DNA of 50,790 nt from a virus, in IMG/VR virus record IMGVR_UViG_3300045988_139260; one strand, written 5' to 3'. A program made the position numbers and the translations under genes. Below, in pieces: positions 9,112-19,050 of this stretch; the first letter of the stretch is position 1, and the number at the start of each line of letters is the position of its first letter. Below the pieces are notes generated by a model that saw nothing but the letters and a program-made list of their open reading frames with translations, was not told the DNA's origin and made no database searches.

Positions 9112-9725
9112 TTCATTTTTTCGTGGAGATGCAGGACCTCACCGAAATTGAGAAGGCGCTGGGAATGCAGAAAGATAAGTCCAAGATGGTGCTCCGTTCA
9201 GCTATTAACCAGACAGCCAAAGAAACAAAGAAGCTGTTAGTAGATGAGGCTAACAGAGAGTACTTCATTGCAAAGGGTAAGGTCAGTAAGACTCTGTCAA
9301 TCAAAAAGGCTACAACAGGGCATATGGAAGGCATCGTGCAGTCTGTGGGACCTGTGAATGAGCTTTATGATTTCAAGGTAAGACCTAAAGGATATAATCC
9401 AAGCGCCCGACCGAGAGCAGGTCATACTGGTAATGTCAAGCGTATCAATCCACCTAAGAGGTTGTACCTTATGCCAAGCAATTCGGATGACAAGTACAAG
9501 GCTTTCACGGTGCAATTCAAGAACGGACATAAAAGTATAGCTCAGCGTGTGCCGGGCACACACATGAGGGATAAACCATGGAAAGAGGGTATCAAGAATC
9601 TGTATTCAACATCTACACCAAGTATGCTTGGCTACGAGAAGGGTGTATTCGGTGTAGTGGAGCCCCAAATGTATGACATGCTACAGAGAAACATTCAAGA
9701 ACAGATATTACGCTATACGAGCTAG
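9108..9725 (+). CDS. Hypothetical neck/tail-completion protein (gpZ / HK97 gp10-like position)
   Basis: 205 aa. GTGA overlap with the previous stop; alternative ATG at 9129. Assignment by position only. Confidence 0.45.
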   Translation: MIHFFVEMQDLTEIEKALGMQKDKSKMVLRSAINQTAKETKKLLVDEANREYFIAKGKVSKTLSIKKATTGHMEGIVQSVGPVNELYDFKVRPKGYNPSARPRAGHTGNVKRINPPKRLYLMPSNSDDKYKAFTVQFKNGHKSIAQRVPGTHMRDKPWKEGIKNLYSTSTPSMLGYEKGVFGVVEPQMYDMLQRNIQEQILRYTS

Positions 9726-9734
9726 GAGGAGCGT

Positions 9735-10268
9735 ATGACACCATTGGAACTACAGGATGACTTAGTGAATGAGCTCAAGACAATGTTTGAGCAACACACT
9801 TTCAAGGTGCCTGATTATGACACTATTGAAGAACCTGACGAGAACAACGAAATAGAGCCAAGATTCCAAACACCTACACCGTTTAAGCGGGTACCGCTTA
9901 ATATATATGCTCAACAGTTACCGGTACAGGAAAGCGACGATGATGCGGATCCAGTACCATATATCATAGTCAGGCTTAATAGCGGTCATGATATCGGGGA
10001 TGGAGCCAGCGTTAATGCTGTGAAGCTCATAGTAATTATCGGAATATGGGATGATGACCCTACAAATCAGGGGCACCGAGATGTGATGAACATAATCCAG
10101 GATATATACGAGCGATTCAGCAAAACACCTAGTTTAAAAAATAAATATGCCTTTGCAGGCGATTTCAATTGGGCACTCCAAGAGGATGCGTATTTCCCAT
10201 ATCACTTTGGAGCCTGCAGTATGGCGTTCAATATTCCAGCAATAAGAAGGGAGGACCCATTAACATGA
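9735..10268 (+). CDS. Hypothetical tail-completion/sheath-terminator candidate
   Basis: 177 aa with GGAGGAG RBS. Lies two genes upstream of the sheath gene. Family not recognised. Confidence 0.45.
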   Translation: MTPLELQDDLVNELKTMFEQHTFKVPDYDTIEEPDENNEIEPRFQTPTPFKRVPLNIYAQQLPVQESDDDADPVPYIIVRLNSGHDIGDGASVNAVKLIVIIGIWDDDPTNQGHRDVMNIIQDIYERFSKTPSLKNKYAFAGDFNWALQEDAYFPYHFGACSMAFNIPAIRREDPLT

Positions 10269-10570
10269 GTCAGACACCAGACAAGGCGCCTGCAAAAGCT
10301 GTGTCTAAAGAGGCAAAGCAGGAGCCAAAAATCAAAAAGGCTGTAGATCTTATGTATTTAGGACCTACAATCGTGGGAGTCGCGAGACATTCAACAGTGT
10401 TCAAAGACGGAAAGCTTCCGGCTAAGGCACAGGCATGTATCAACGAGCTTCCAATGATGGCTAAGCTATTTGTTCCACTATCAGATATGCCAGAAGCAAT
10501 CAAAGAACTCAATAAGGACCAAAGTGTATTGCGTACAGTATATTCACAGGTTCTTAAGAAATTTATATAG
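10265..10570 (+). CDS. Hypothetical protein
   Basis: 101 aa from ATG 10265 (ATGA overlap with the preceding stop). The track ORF from 10169 is an upstream extension inside the previous gene. Confidence 0.5.
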   Translation: MSQTPDKAPAKAVSKEAKQEPKIKKAVDLMYLGPTIVGVARHSTVFKDGKLPAKAQACINELPMMAKLFVPLSDMPEAIKELNKDQSVLRTVYSQVLKKFI

Positions 10571-10585
10571 GGAGGATAAAAGTAA

Positions 10586-12013
10586 ATGGCAAAGTATTTA
10601 CACGGGGTTCGCATTCAGGAGAATCCTACAAGCATTCCTACACCTGTGTCCAATGAGGCAGGTGTGCCGGTTATTTTTGGTACAGCACCAGTCAATACTG
10701 TGTCTGACCCAGCCGGAGCAGTCAATAAATTATTCCTTTGCAATAGTTTTGCAGAGGCAAAGGCAGCAGTCGGATATTCAGACGACTACGAGAACTATAC
10801 GTTATGTCAGGCAATGGACGCATTCTTCAAGGCGTTCGGAGTAGGACCTATTGTTATCTGCAACGTGCTTGATCCTAAGGTACATAAAGCAGCATACACA
10901 GAGACACTTACAGTAGTAGACGGACAGGCCGTATCCACAAAGAAGGGAGTTCTTCTTGATGGACTTAAGGTTGGAGCTCTTACAGAGGGCACAGACTATA
11001 CAGCGGAGTTTAACGATGACGGATATCTTGTTATTACAGTAATCAAGGAAGCTCAGACAAGCCTTGAGGTATCAGGAAACGTAATCGACCCATCCAAGGT
11101 TACAGAGGCAACAATCATTGGAAGTCTTGATGTAGATACCGGCGTCGAAACAGGCATGGAGCTTATCAGAAAGGTATATCCTACATTCGGTCTTGTACCA
11201 AGTCTCTTACTTGCACCGGGCTGGTCGCATAAGCCTACAGTTGGAAATGCCTTGGCTTCTAAGTGCTTGAATATCAACGGTAAATTCCGTTGTGAATGTG
11301 TCGTTGATATCGATACAAACAGAGCGGCCAAATACACTGATGTTGAGCAGATAAAGAAAGAGTGTGGTTTTTCGTCAGAGCATATGGTCTGCGTATGGCC
11401 AAAGGTTAAGTACGGCGGAAAGACAATGTACTATTCAGCTATCTATGCTGCACTTGCAACATACACAGACTACAGCAATGGTAACGTGCCTAATCTTTCA
11501 CCGTCGAACAAGGCTTGCCGCATCGGAGCTACAGTCGTTGAGGATGGAACTGAAATTAATCTTGATTCAGATCAGGGAGCAGAACTTAATGCAGTCGGTG
11601 TTGTAACAGCAATTAACGAAGGAAGCTGGAAGTCCTGGGGTAATAATACTGCAGCATATCCGGGAACTACAGACCCTAAGGACCGTTGGATTTGCTGCAG
11701 ACGATTCTTCTCATGGTGGGGCAATTCGTTTATTACTACATACAGTGATAAGGTTGATGACCCAACAAACACACGACTCATTGAGTCAATCGTGGATTCA
11801 GAGAATGTAAGAGGCAATGCGCTTGTATCGCAGGGCAAGTGTGCCGGCATCAAGATGGAGTACCGACAGGACGACAATCCAAAGGCGAACCTGCTTAATG
11901 GCAAGATCGTATTTAGACAGTACCTTGCACCATATACACCAGCCGAAGATATACTCAATATCCTTGAGTATGATCCATCAATGATTGAGACAGAGTTAGG
12001 AGGTAATCAGTAA
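10586..12013 (+). CDS. Contractile tail sheath protein
   Basis: 475 aa. N-terminus MAKYLHGVRIQENPTSIPTPV...PVIFGTAPV typical of sheath proteins. Followed by the tube gene. Confidence 0.9.
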   Translation: MAKYLHGVRIQENPTSIPTPVSNEAGVPVIFGTAPVNTVSDPAGAVNKLFLCNSFAEAKAAVGYSDDYENYTLCQAMDAFFKAFGVGPIVICNVLDPKVHKAAYTETLTVVDGQAVSTKKGVLLDGLKVGALTEGTDYTAEFNDDGYLVITVIKEAQTSLEVSGNVIDPSKVTEATIIGSLDVDTGVETGMELIRKVYPTFGLVPSLLLAPGWSHKPTVGNALASKCLNINGKFRCECVVDIDTNRAAKYTDVEQIKKECGFSSEHMVCVWPKVKYGGKTMYYSAIYAALATYTDYSNGNVPNLSPSNKACRIGATVVEDGTEINLDSDQGAELNAVGVVTAINEGSWKSWGNNTAAYPGTTDPKDRWICCRRFFSWWGNSFITTYSDKVDDPTNTRLIESIVDSENVRGNALVSQGKCAGIKMEYRQDDNPKANLLNGKIVFRQYLAPYTPAEDILNILEYDPSMIETELGGNQ

Positions 12014-12540
12014 TGGGAGTTGCAGCAAACATACCTGAAATCATCAATGATTTCAACGTATATTCAGAAGGCAATAAGTTCATCGGAGTGTCCGGATCAG
12101 TGACACTCCCATCATTCGATGCTATCACAGAAGAAGTACAGGGTGCGGGAATCCTTGGTACATATGAGACATCTATTCCCGGCTTTTTCTCTTCAATGAC
12201 ACAGGAGGTTCCATTCCGTATTTTAACAGATGATCCATTTTCAATCATGGATCCAAACGCTCCGGTTGATATCACATTCAGAGCATCAGAGCAGAGCACA
12301 GTTAAGTCAAACGGCTCTCTTACATGGAACGGCATGAGAATTGTTGAGAGAGGAAGATTCAAGAGCTTCAAGCCAGGTAAACTGGAGCTCGGCAAGACAA
12401 TGGATTCGTCAATCACCCATGAAATTTTATATATCATGATTGAGATAGACGGCAAGACCGTTGTTGAGTATGACAAGCTTAATTCTGTATTCACAGTTAA
12501 TGGCAAGGACTTATTAGAGAAAGTTAAGAGGTACAACTAA
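12013..12540 (+). CDS. Tail tube protein (P2 FII-like)
   Basis: 175 aa. IINDFNVYSEGNKFIGVSGSVTLPSFDAITEEV pattern of FII-type tube proteins. ATGA-type overlap with the sheath stop. Confidence 0.9.
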   Translation: MGVAANIPEIINDFNVYSEGNKFIGVSGSVTLPSFDAITEEVQGAGILGTYETSIPGFFSSMTQEVPFRILTDDPFSIMDPNAPVDITFRASEQSTVKSNGSLTWNGMRIVERGRFKSFKPGKLELGKTMDSSITHEILYIMIEIDGKTVVEYDKLNSVFTVNGKDLLEKVKRYN

Positions 12541-12902
12541 TGAGCGATAAGGAAAAAGAAGTACTTTCAGGAGAAATCGAAAAGGATGAGCTGGCTGTTA
12601 CTGATGTCAACATGGTCATCAAGTTTAATAAACCTTATATGTTTGAGCAAAAAGAGTACACCCAAGTAGATCTTTCATGCATGGATGAGCTGACAGCTCA
12701 GGACATGATAACAGTTAATAGACTTATGGCAAGGACATCTGCGGCCGCGATCGACGTAATGCCTGAGGTATCACTTGAATATGCATGCAATATTGCAGCG
12801 AGGGCAGCTAAGCTTCCGATAGAGTTCTTCACTCACCTTCCACCTAGGGAGGCTATGAAAGTTAAAAACAGAGTGATGGTTTTTTTATTCGGCTCGGAAT
12901 AA
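12540..12902 (+). CDS. Tail assembly chaperone (gpE/gpG-like), zero-frame product
   Basis: 120 aa between tube and tape measure. Carries a slippery T_TTT_TTA five codons before its stop. Confidence 0.75.
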   Translation: MSDKEKEVLSGEIEKDELAVTDVNMVIKFNKPYMFEQKEYTQVDLSCMDELTAQDMITVNRLMARTSAAAIDVMPEVSLEYACNIAARAAKLPIEFFTHLPPREAMKVKNRVMVFLFGSE

Positions 12903-13090
12903 AGCCGAGCGACACGGCGAAGCTCAGGAAAATTATCATTGAGTTATCAATGGAGGTAAAGGCAGGAATAGACTATCTCTATTCCCTGCCTTTACTTGAA
13001 TTACTAGACTTAATCAAGGAGGTGAACGACATTGTCAGTGAGCGGAAAAGAGTACAAGCTCGCAATCAGAATAGCGGGTATTATAGATAA
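12540..13090 (+). CDS. Tail assembly chaperone -1 frameshift product (E+E'/GT-like)
   Basis: A -1 shift at 12881-12887 opens a 67-codon frame (FFIRLGIKPSDTAKLRKIIIELSMEVKAGIDYLYSLPLLELLDLIKEVNDIV...) ending at TAA 13088-13090, overlapping the tape-measure start as in P2 E+E'. Confidence 0.6.
12881..12887 (+). other. Programmed -1 ribosomal frameshift slippery heptamer T_TTT_TTA
   Basis: Zero-frame codons gtt ttt tta. A small stem gctcgg/ccgagc (12892-12910) starts 4 nt downstream. Confidence 0.6.
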
Positions 13091-16000
13091 ATCATTCAAT
13101 GCCAGCCTGTCAAGTTCAAAGGCTGCACTCGCAGGCTACAAGGCAACAGTTGATACGCTTGACAAGGACTTCACAAAACTCGACAAGGGCTTCAACAAGA
13201 TCATGGGAGCAGGTGAGAAGTCTTTCAAGGCAGTGGCAACTGCAGCGACCGTGGCAGCGGCAGCAGTTGGAGCCGCAACAGTTGCATCGGTGGCAGTTGG
13301 TTCGAGCTTTGAGTCTGCATTTGCAGGAGTCAAGAAGACAGTTGATGCGACAGATGCAGAGTACGCTAAGCTGCGTCAGAATATCCTTGATATGTCACGA
13401 GATATACCATCAAGTGACGATGAGATAGCAGGAGTTATGGAGATAGCTGGACAGCTCGGTATAGCCACAAACAGCTTATCAGATTTCACCAAAACGATGA
13501 TTAACTTAGGTGTGTCTACCAATATGGCTGCGGATGAGGCAGCAACAAATCTGGCCAGATTTGCGAATGTCACTGGCATGGCGGACTATGGCCCGGATGG
13601 CGTGAGCAACTACGAGAGACTGGGTTCAGTCATCACCGACTTAGGAAATAAATTCGCAACAACTGAGTCTGAAATCACTGAAATGGGTACAAGACTTGCA
13701 TCTACAGGTCACTTAGTTGGATTGTCACAGGCACAGATCATGGCACTTGCAACAGCGATGAGTTCAGTAGGTATCAAGGCAGAGTCCGGAGGCTCAACAA
13801 TGGCCAAGCTGTTGAAGAAGATGCAGCTTGCAGTTGAGACCAATTCAGATGCACTTGGACAGTATGCATCTGTGGCCAACATGACCGGAGAACAATTCAA
13901 GCAAACATTCAAGACGGATGCTGTGTCCGCACTTGGAGCATTTATTGGAGGGCTCAACGATACCGAAAGAAACGGCAAGTCAGCTATCGCAATACTTGAT
14001 GATATGAAGCTATCAGAAGTCAGACTTAGTAATACTATCCTTGCACTTGCAGGTTCCGGAGATCTGATGACAAGAGCTATCAATACGGCCAACACTGCTT
14101 GGAATGAGAATACAGCCCTCGCAACTGAGGCGGGAAAAAGATATGAGACCGTTAAGAGCCAAGCTAAGATGCTCGGCAATGCATTCATAGAGCTTGGTAT
14201 CACAGCTTACGATGATCTCAGAGAGCCTTTGGTAGACATTATGGGCGGTATTACAGATAAGGTTCATGACCTTAATGATTATGCAGGCAGCGCGAATGGC
14301 GTGAAAAAGTGGATATCCGGCATAAGTGAAGAACTCCCAACTCTTGAGCGAAGAGCTGACAATGCATGGAGCACAGTTGAGCCGTTATTTAGCGGTTTGA
14401 TGGGAGCAGGCAAGTGGTTCCTCAAGAATCCACAGGTTATAGCGGGAGGACTTACGACCATCGGAACGGCACTTGCAACCTACAAGACCGCATCGACAGT
14501 AACACATGTATTGGCGGCAATAAATAAATTCGCAGCCTTGTCAGGGCCGATTAAAGGAATACTCGGTGTAGGCGCAGCATTTAGTACCCTCATGGGTATA
14601 ATCGTAGCTTGTGAGGCTAAATTCGACCAAGTTGCAGAAGAGAACCTGGATGAACACTTTGGAGATATTGCACTTTCAATGAAAGAGCTGCAGAACGTTG
14701 CGAAACAGATCGTTGGAGCAAAAGACCTTGAAAAAGTGCAACAGACCTTATCCGAAATGGAAAAGGTTGAAGGATTTTCCGATTCAATGCAGGAAGCACT
14801 TGCCGATATCAAGAAACTTAACTGGAAAGTCAGCCTTGGAATGGAGCTCACAACCGATGATCAGGAATCTTATAAGCAGGCAATTAACGAGTATGTGCAG
14901 GCAGCACAGGACTATGCGGTACAGCAACAATATGCAGTAAGCCTTGAAATGGGACTAGGATTCGATTATTCAGATCCGGTACAGGCCAATATTGTTGACA
15001 AGGTCAACGCTTTTTACGCAGGAGCTTCATCGGAAATGACATCTCTTGGTCAGGATTTGAGCCAGGCAGTAAATGATGCTTTTGCTGATGGTATATTAGA
15101 TCCAAATGAAGTTGGCAACATTGCACAGATTCAAGAAAAAATAGCGAAGCTCAAAGCTGAAATAGCAACAGACCAGCTTAATGCAAATCTTGAAGCAACA
15201 ACACTTAAGTACAGTGGAGCAGAGCTTGATGCCGATAGTTTCAGGAATTTACAGAAGGAAATAGGCAGCAGTGTAGATGATTACACAGATACAAAGTTAA
15301 AAGAGTATACGGCGAGTCTGACTGCCCTTGAGAATACATATAACAACGGCGGAATGTCGACATCTGAATTTAATATAGGCAAGCAGAATCTTAAGGCTAA
15401 TTACTATCAGGATGTTGGCGATGCCGTAGGAAGAGCTGCTACATATCAGCTTAACACCATTGTCGGACAATACTCACCTGACATGGGACAGGCTTTCAAG
15501 GGTTCAGTGAAAAAAGATAATTTAGATTACTTGAAGAGACAGCTCAGCTTGAGTAAGAGCGATGTGAAGGAAATCATTAATCAATCAGGTTATGACACTA
15601 TAAGCGATGAGTTCTCAAGTATTGCAAAGAATCTCTTGAATGATTCAGATTTTTCGGTTGTAAGAAAATCGATGAGCAAACTGATCACAGAAGCTCAGCC
15701 TACAATCGAAGATATGCAGAAAATCAAGGAACAATGTGAGGCGGCAGGACAGGAAGTACCAGACTCAGTTGCTAAGGGACTTAAGAATTTTGACATGCTG
15801 CAGGGAGTTGTTAGTGGAAATATGGATAGCCTCTACGAAGCTATCGGCATGAGCTTATCCGGTACTGAATACGCGGATGTTATCCAACAGCTTGCTAAGC
15901 AGGGTAGAGATATACCGCAGGCACTTCTTGATGGCATCAACGAGGGTGCAGCAGGCGCAGGTACTGACAGTGTGGCCGGAATGCTTTACGGCATTATAGC

Positions 16001-17309
16001 AGGAGGTACAGAGAAGGGAGCTGCCAATGCAGCGGCAAACAGCATATATAATTCAGCTTATTCGGCTGTGCCTGAGGCGGTTAACTGGGCATATTCCAAT
16101 GCTAATACATTACTCGGCCAAAAGTTTGCACAAGGATTTACAGCTAAGTCAAATGTAAATGTGACACTTACTCCAACGTACAAGCTGACCGCCGGCAATG
16201 CAGGAAGTTTAACGATACCTAAGAGTTCCAAAAACGCAATATTCAGTGGCATTAAGGCAAGCGTCGGCGGAGGTACAGGTCTAAGGTCACTTGGCCTTGA
16301 GCACAACGCAAACGGCGGTATCTGGGACCATCCAATCATTACTACATTCGCTGAGGAAGGCAAAGAGGCGGCTATACCTATCAACGGAACACAGAGGGCC
16401 GTTGATTTATGGAGACAGACCGGACATCTACTCGGCATGGATGCAGAGATGTATAACACATCAGAGGCTATTGATAAGTCAGTTGTCAATAATGCAGCAA
16501 AACATGTATATACTGCTGCAAATAGCAGCATATACAATATCTCAAACAGCCACATAAGTGACATCAAGTACAACAATAGCAATACCGGATATAGCTCATC
16601 TGGAGACAATCTAAACGCTGTGTCCAACACAGCTTACAGTCTTCAGAAGATGGTAAGCGAGATTCCGGTAATTCAGACAGTATACAACTACCTGAACAAT
16701 CTACCTGAGCAGATAAAGATGAACCCTACGACTGGTACAGCATATGGTTCAGAAAACACCGTTAACAGCATTGTCAGCCCAACTGTGTCCAATACAGTCT
16801 CTAAGGTATACAGCTACTTAAGCAATATGCCTAAGAGTATTAAGCAGACAGATGTTGATATTGTTAATTCTGGATATAACGTACCTGATATCAATATCGA
16901 GAATCCGGCTAGGCAGTCAAGTCAGGCGACACTTGCAAGGAACCTCGCAGACCTTAAGGGAATGGGAGTTAAGGCTAACGCAAACGGCGGTATCTGGGAT
17001 TCACCTATTCTCACTACATTTGCAGAACACGGCCGAGAAGCAGCTATACCGATTGACGGCAGTCAGAACGCTATCAATCTCTGGGAGCAGACCGGACACC
17101 TGCTTGGCATGGATAGCAGGCTTGATGGAATATCGTTTGAAGCAGGGCATTCATCAGAACCAACTACGATTGAATATAAGCCTGTACTCAACTTCTATGG
17201 TGCAGCGCCGAATAAGGATGACCTGACGGATGCACTTGATATCAGTCAGGAGAAGTTTGAGCGGATGATGAGGCAGTATGAGAAGAACAAAGGCCGTGTG
17301 TCTTATTAA
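13032..17309 (+). CDS. Tape measure protein
   Basis: 1425 aa Ala/Gly-rich, largely helical, after the chaperone pair. TTG start with AAGGAGG RBS (13015-13021). Contains a duplicated 46-aa module NANGGIWD.P(I/L).TTFAE.G.EAAIPI.G...A..LW.QTGHLLGMD. Confidence 0.9.
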   Translation: MSVSGKEYKLAIRIAGIIDKSFNASLSSSKAALAGYKATVDTLDKDFTKLDKGFNKIMGAGEKSFKAVATAATVAAAAVGAATVASVAVGSSFESAFAGVKKTVDATDAEYAKLRQNILDMSRDIPSSDDEIAGVMEIAGQLGIATNSLSDFTKTMINLGVSTNMAADEAATNLARFANVTGMADYGPDGVSNYERLGSVITDLGNKFATTESEITEMGTRLASTGHLVGLSQAQIMALATAMSSVGIKAESGGSTMAKLLKKMQLAVETNSDALGQYASVANMTGEQFKQTFKTDAVSALGAFIGGLNDTERNGKSAIAILDDMKLSEVRLSNTILALAGSGDLMTRAINTANTAWNENTALATEAGKRYETVKSQAKMLGNAFIELGITAYDDLREPLVDIMGGITDKVHDLNDYAGSANGVKKWISGISEELPTLERRADNAWSTVEPLFSGLMGAGKWFLKNPQVIAGGLTTIGTALATYKTASTVTHVLAAINKFAALSGPIKGILGVGAAFSTLMGIIVACEAKFDQVAEENLDEHFGDIALSMKELQNVAKQIVGAKDLEKVQQTLSEMEKVEGFSDSMQEALADIKKLNWKVSLGMELTTDDQESYKQAINEYVQAAQDYAVQQQYAVSLEMGLGFDYSDPVQANIVDKVNAFYAGASSEMTSLGQDLSQAVNDAFADGILDPNEVGNIAQIQEKIAKLKAEIATDQLNANLEATTLKYSGAELDADSFRNLQKEIGSSVDDYTDTKLKEYTASLTALENTYNNGGMSTSEFNIGKQNLKANYYQDVGDAVGRAATYQLNTIVGQYSPDMGQAFKGSVKKDNLDYLKRQLSLSKSDVKEIINQSGYDTISDEFSSIAKNLLNDSDFSVVRKSMSKLITEAQPTIEDMQKIKEQCEAAGQEVPDSVAKGLKNFDMLQGVVSGNMDSLYEAIGMSLSGTEYADVIQQLAKQGRDIPQALLDGINEGAAGAGTDSVAGMLYGIIAGGTEKGAANAAANSIYNSAYSAVPEAVNWAYSNANTLLGQKFAQGFTAKSNVNVTLTPTYKLTAGNAGSLTIPKSSKNAIFSGIKASVGGGTGLRSLGLEHNANGGIWDHPIITTFAEEGKEAAIPINGTQRAVDLWRQTGHLLGMDAEMYNTSEAIDKSVVNNAAKHVYTAANSSIYNISNSHISDIKYNNSNTGYSSSGDNLNAVSNTAYSLQKMVSEIPVIQTVYNYLNNLPEQIKMNPTTGTAYGSENTVNSIVSPTVSNTVSKVYSYLSNMPKSIKQTDVDIVNSGYNVPDINIENPARQSSQATLARNLADLKGMGVKANANGGIWDSPILTTFAEHGREAAIPIDGSQNAINLWEQTGHLLGMDSRLDGISFEAGHSSEPTTIEYKPVLNFYGAAPNKDDLTDALDISQEKFERMMRQYEKNKGRVSY

Positions 17310-17321
17310 GGAGTGTGTCTA

Positions 17322-17522
17322 ATGAATAAAGTTTACAAGACAAAATCAGGCGATACATGGGACATGATAGCTAAAGAGGTGTATGGCGATGAGCTGTATA
17401 CCTCCCTTCTCATGAGCCATAATCAGAAGCTTTTAGATTATTTCATTTTTCCGGAGGGAATGATATTAAGCCTTCCGGAAATGCCTGAGGAAGATACGCT
17501 ACTTCCGGAATGGAGGACTTGA
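17322..17522 (+). CDS. Tail protein X (LysM-like)
   Basis: 66 aa. YKTKSGDTWDMIAKEVYGDE...FPEGMILSLPE resembles P2 gpX. ATG 17322 with AAGGAG RBS; the track start GTG 17313 is less likely. Confidence 0.8.
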   Translation: MNKVYKTKSGDTWDMIAKEVYGDELYTSLLMSHNQKLLDYFIFPEGMILSLPEMPEEDTLLPEWRT

Positions 17523-17523
17523 T

Positions 17524-19035
17524 ATGGCTTTTCCCAGAAACGTTAAACTGTCAGTCGATTATGATGGTACACGAAAAGAAACAGTCACCGTCACCAGCAC
17601 CACAACCGGAGGCAGTGCAAGCTATACAGTAAAAAGCGGAGATACCCTATGGGCTATCTCAAAAAAATACTTAGGCAAGGGTACGCGCTATCCGGAAATA
17701 TATAATGCAAATAAAGATCAGATAGAAGCAACTGCGAGAAAACATCGTAAGAAAAGCTCAGATAATGGTCATTGGATATGGCCGGGAGAAGTGTTCACGA
17801 TTCCCGGTCAGACTACCACGAGCACACACACGGAAGTACGTCGTGTCGGAACATCAAACCCGGGGCTAGGAAAGCTAATCGGAAAGTCAGCAACAGCATT
17901 CAGCTATACAGATGTAGCAACCGGTTCATCGGATTCGATGTCTCTTACAATCTACGATTGCGATAAGAAATGGCTTGGAGCATACCATCCACAGAAAGGC
18001 TCAAGTTTCGGTGTGTCTATAGCAATATACAACTGGAATAGTGAGGGCAACAACCAAAACTTTAAGTGCGGAGAATTTACGTTAGACGACATATCCTTTT
18101 CTGGATGGCCATTAAGTTGTGTCTTATCCGGAGTAAGTGTGCCGGTTAATAATGACTTCAAGGTTACTCAAAAGAAAAAAACATGGAAGTCAACCTCCGT
18201 CAGAAGTATCGCATCTCAGATTGCACAACAGGCGGGGGTATCACTTGTATATGACGCTTCTGATATAAGCGTGGATGAGCTCGAGCAAAGCAATCAGACA
18301 GACAGCGATTTTCTGTCATCTTTGTGCAGTAAGTACGGCTTCGGAATGAAGATATACAGCAACAAGATTGTAATAACGGATCCGGTCAAATCTGAGGAAA
18401 AGGGAACTGTTGCAACTATAAATGACAGGGAAATGGAAGATCTGAATGTTACCGAATCAATAGACGGCACTTATACCGGAGCTAATATATCTTACACGAA
18501 TCCTGATAAAAAGGACCCGATTAATGTAACAGTTGGAACCGCAGGGCGCATGTTATCAATGGATGTACAATCTAACAGCCAGTACGATGCCGAACTGCAG
18601 GCAGCGGCCAAGGTTAATGAGTCAAACCGTAAAGCTCTGACGATGACATTTACGCTTATGGGCTATCGGAACATAGTGGCCACACAATGCATACAGATAT
18701 CAGGCCTAGGCTTTTATGACGGCAAATACTACGTTGACAGCGTTAAGCATTCAGTAGGCAGTGGCTATAAAACATCGTATACCACACACAAAGTACAGCC
18801 GGCTATCAAGGTTACAGCACCGGCACCTGCTGCACCGTCAGGAAGAACATACACGGTAAAGAGCGGTGATACGTTATGGGGCATTGCCAAGAAGTATTAC
18901 GGCAAGGGCACTGAGTACGAAAAAATATACAACGCCAATAAAGACCAGATAGAAGCAACTGCGAGAAAGCACCGCAAGAAGAGTTCAGATCACGGCCACT
19001 GGATATGGCCAGGGGAAGTATTCACAATACCATAA
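17524..19035 (+). CDS. gpD/Mu gpP-like tail/baseplate hub protein flanked by two LysM-like modules
   Basis: Central region has the gpD pattern (FTLDDISFSG, SIASQIAQQAGVSLVY, SDFLSSLCSKYGFGMKIYSNKIVI). 61-aa LysM-like modules lie at both ends (17623-17805 and 18850-19032). Confidence 0.8.
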   Translation: MAFPRNVKLSVDYDGTRKETVTVTSTTTGGSASYTVKSGDTLWAISKKYLGKGTRYPEIYNANKDQIEATARKHRKKSSDNGHWIWPGEVFTIPGQTTTSTHTEVRRVGTSNPGLGKLIGKSATAFSYTDVATGSSDSMSLTIYDCDKKWLGAYHPQKGSSFGVSIAIYNWNSEGNNQNFKCGEFTLDDISFSGWPLSCVLSGVSVPVNNDFKVTQKKKTWKSTSVRSIASQIAQQAGVSLVYDASDISVDELEQSNQTDSDFLSSLCSKYGFGMKIYSNKIVITDPVKSEEKGTVATINDREMEDLNVTESIDGTYTGANISYTNPDKKDPINVTVGTAGRMLSMDVQSNSQYDAELQAAAKVNESNRKALTMTFTLMGYRNIVATQCIQISGLGFYDGKYYVDSVKHSVGSGYKTSYTTHKVQPAIKVTAPAPAAPSGRTYTVKSGDTLWGIAKKYYGKGTEYEKIYNANKDQIEATARKHRKKSSDHGHWIWPGEVFTIP

Positions 19036-19050
19036 ATGGAGGAATTGAGC

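Noticed and set aside
11955-12536. Long antisense ORFs inside well-supported genes (also 436..855, 6444..7010, 13709..14203, 16058..16630, 42080..42526, 43052..43561, 44992..45522)
   Set aside because: They lie fully within recognisable genes on the opposite strand, have Ser/Leu/Cys-rich shadow-ORF composition, and have no RBS.
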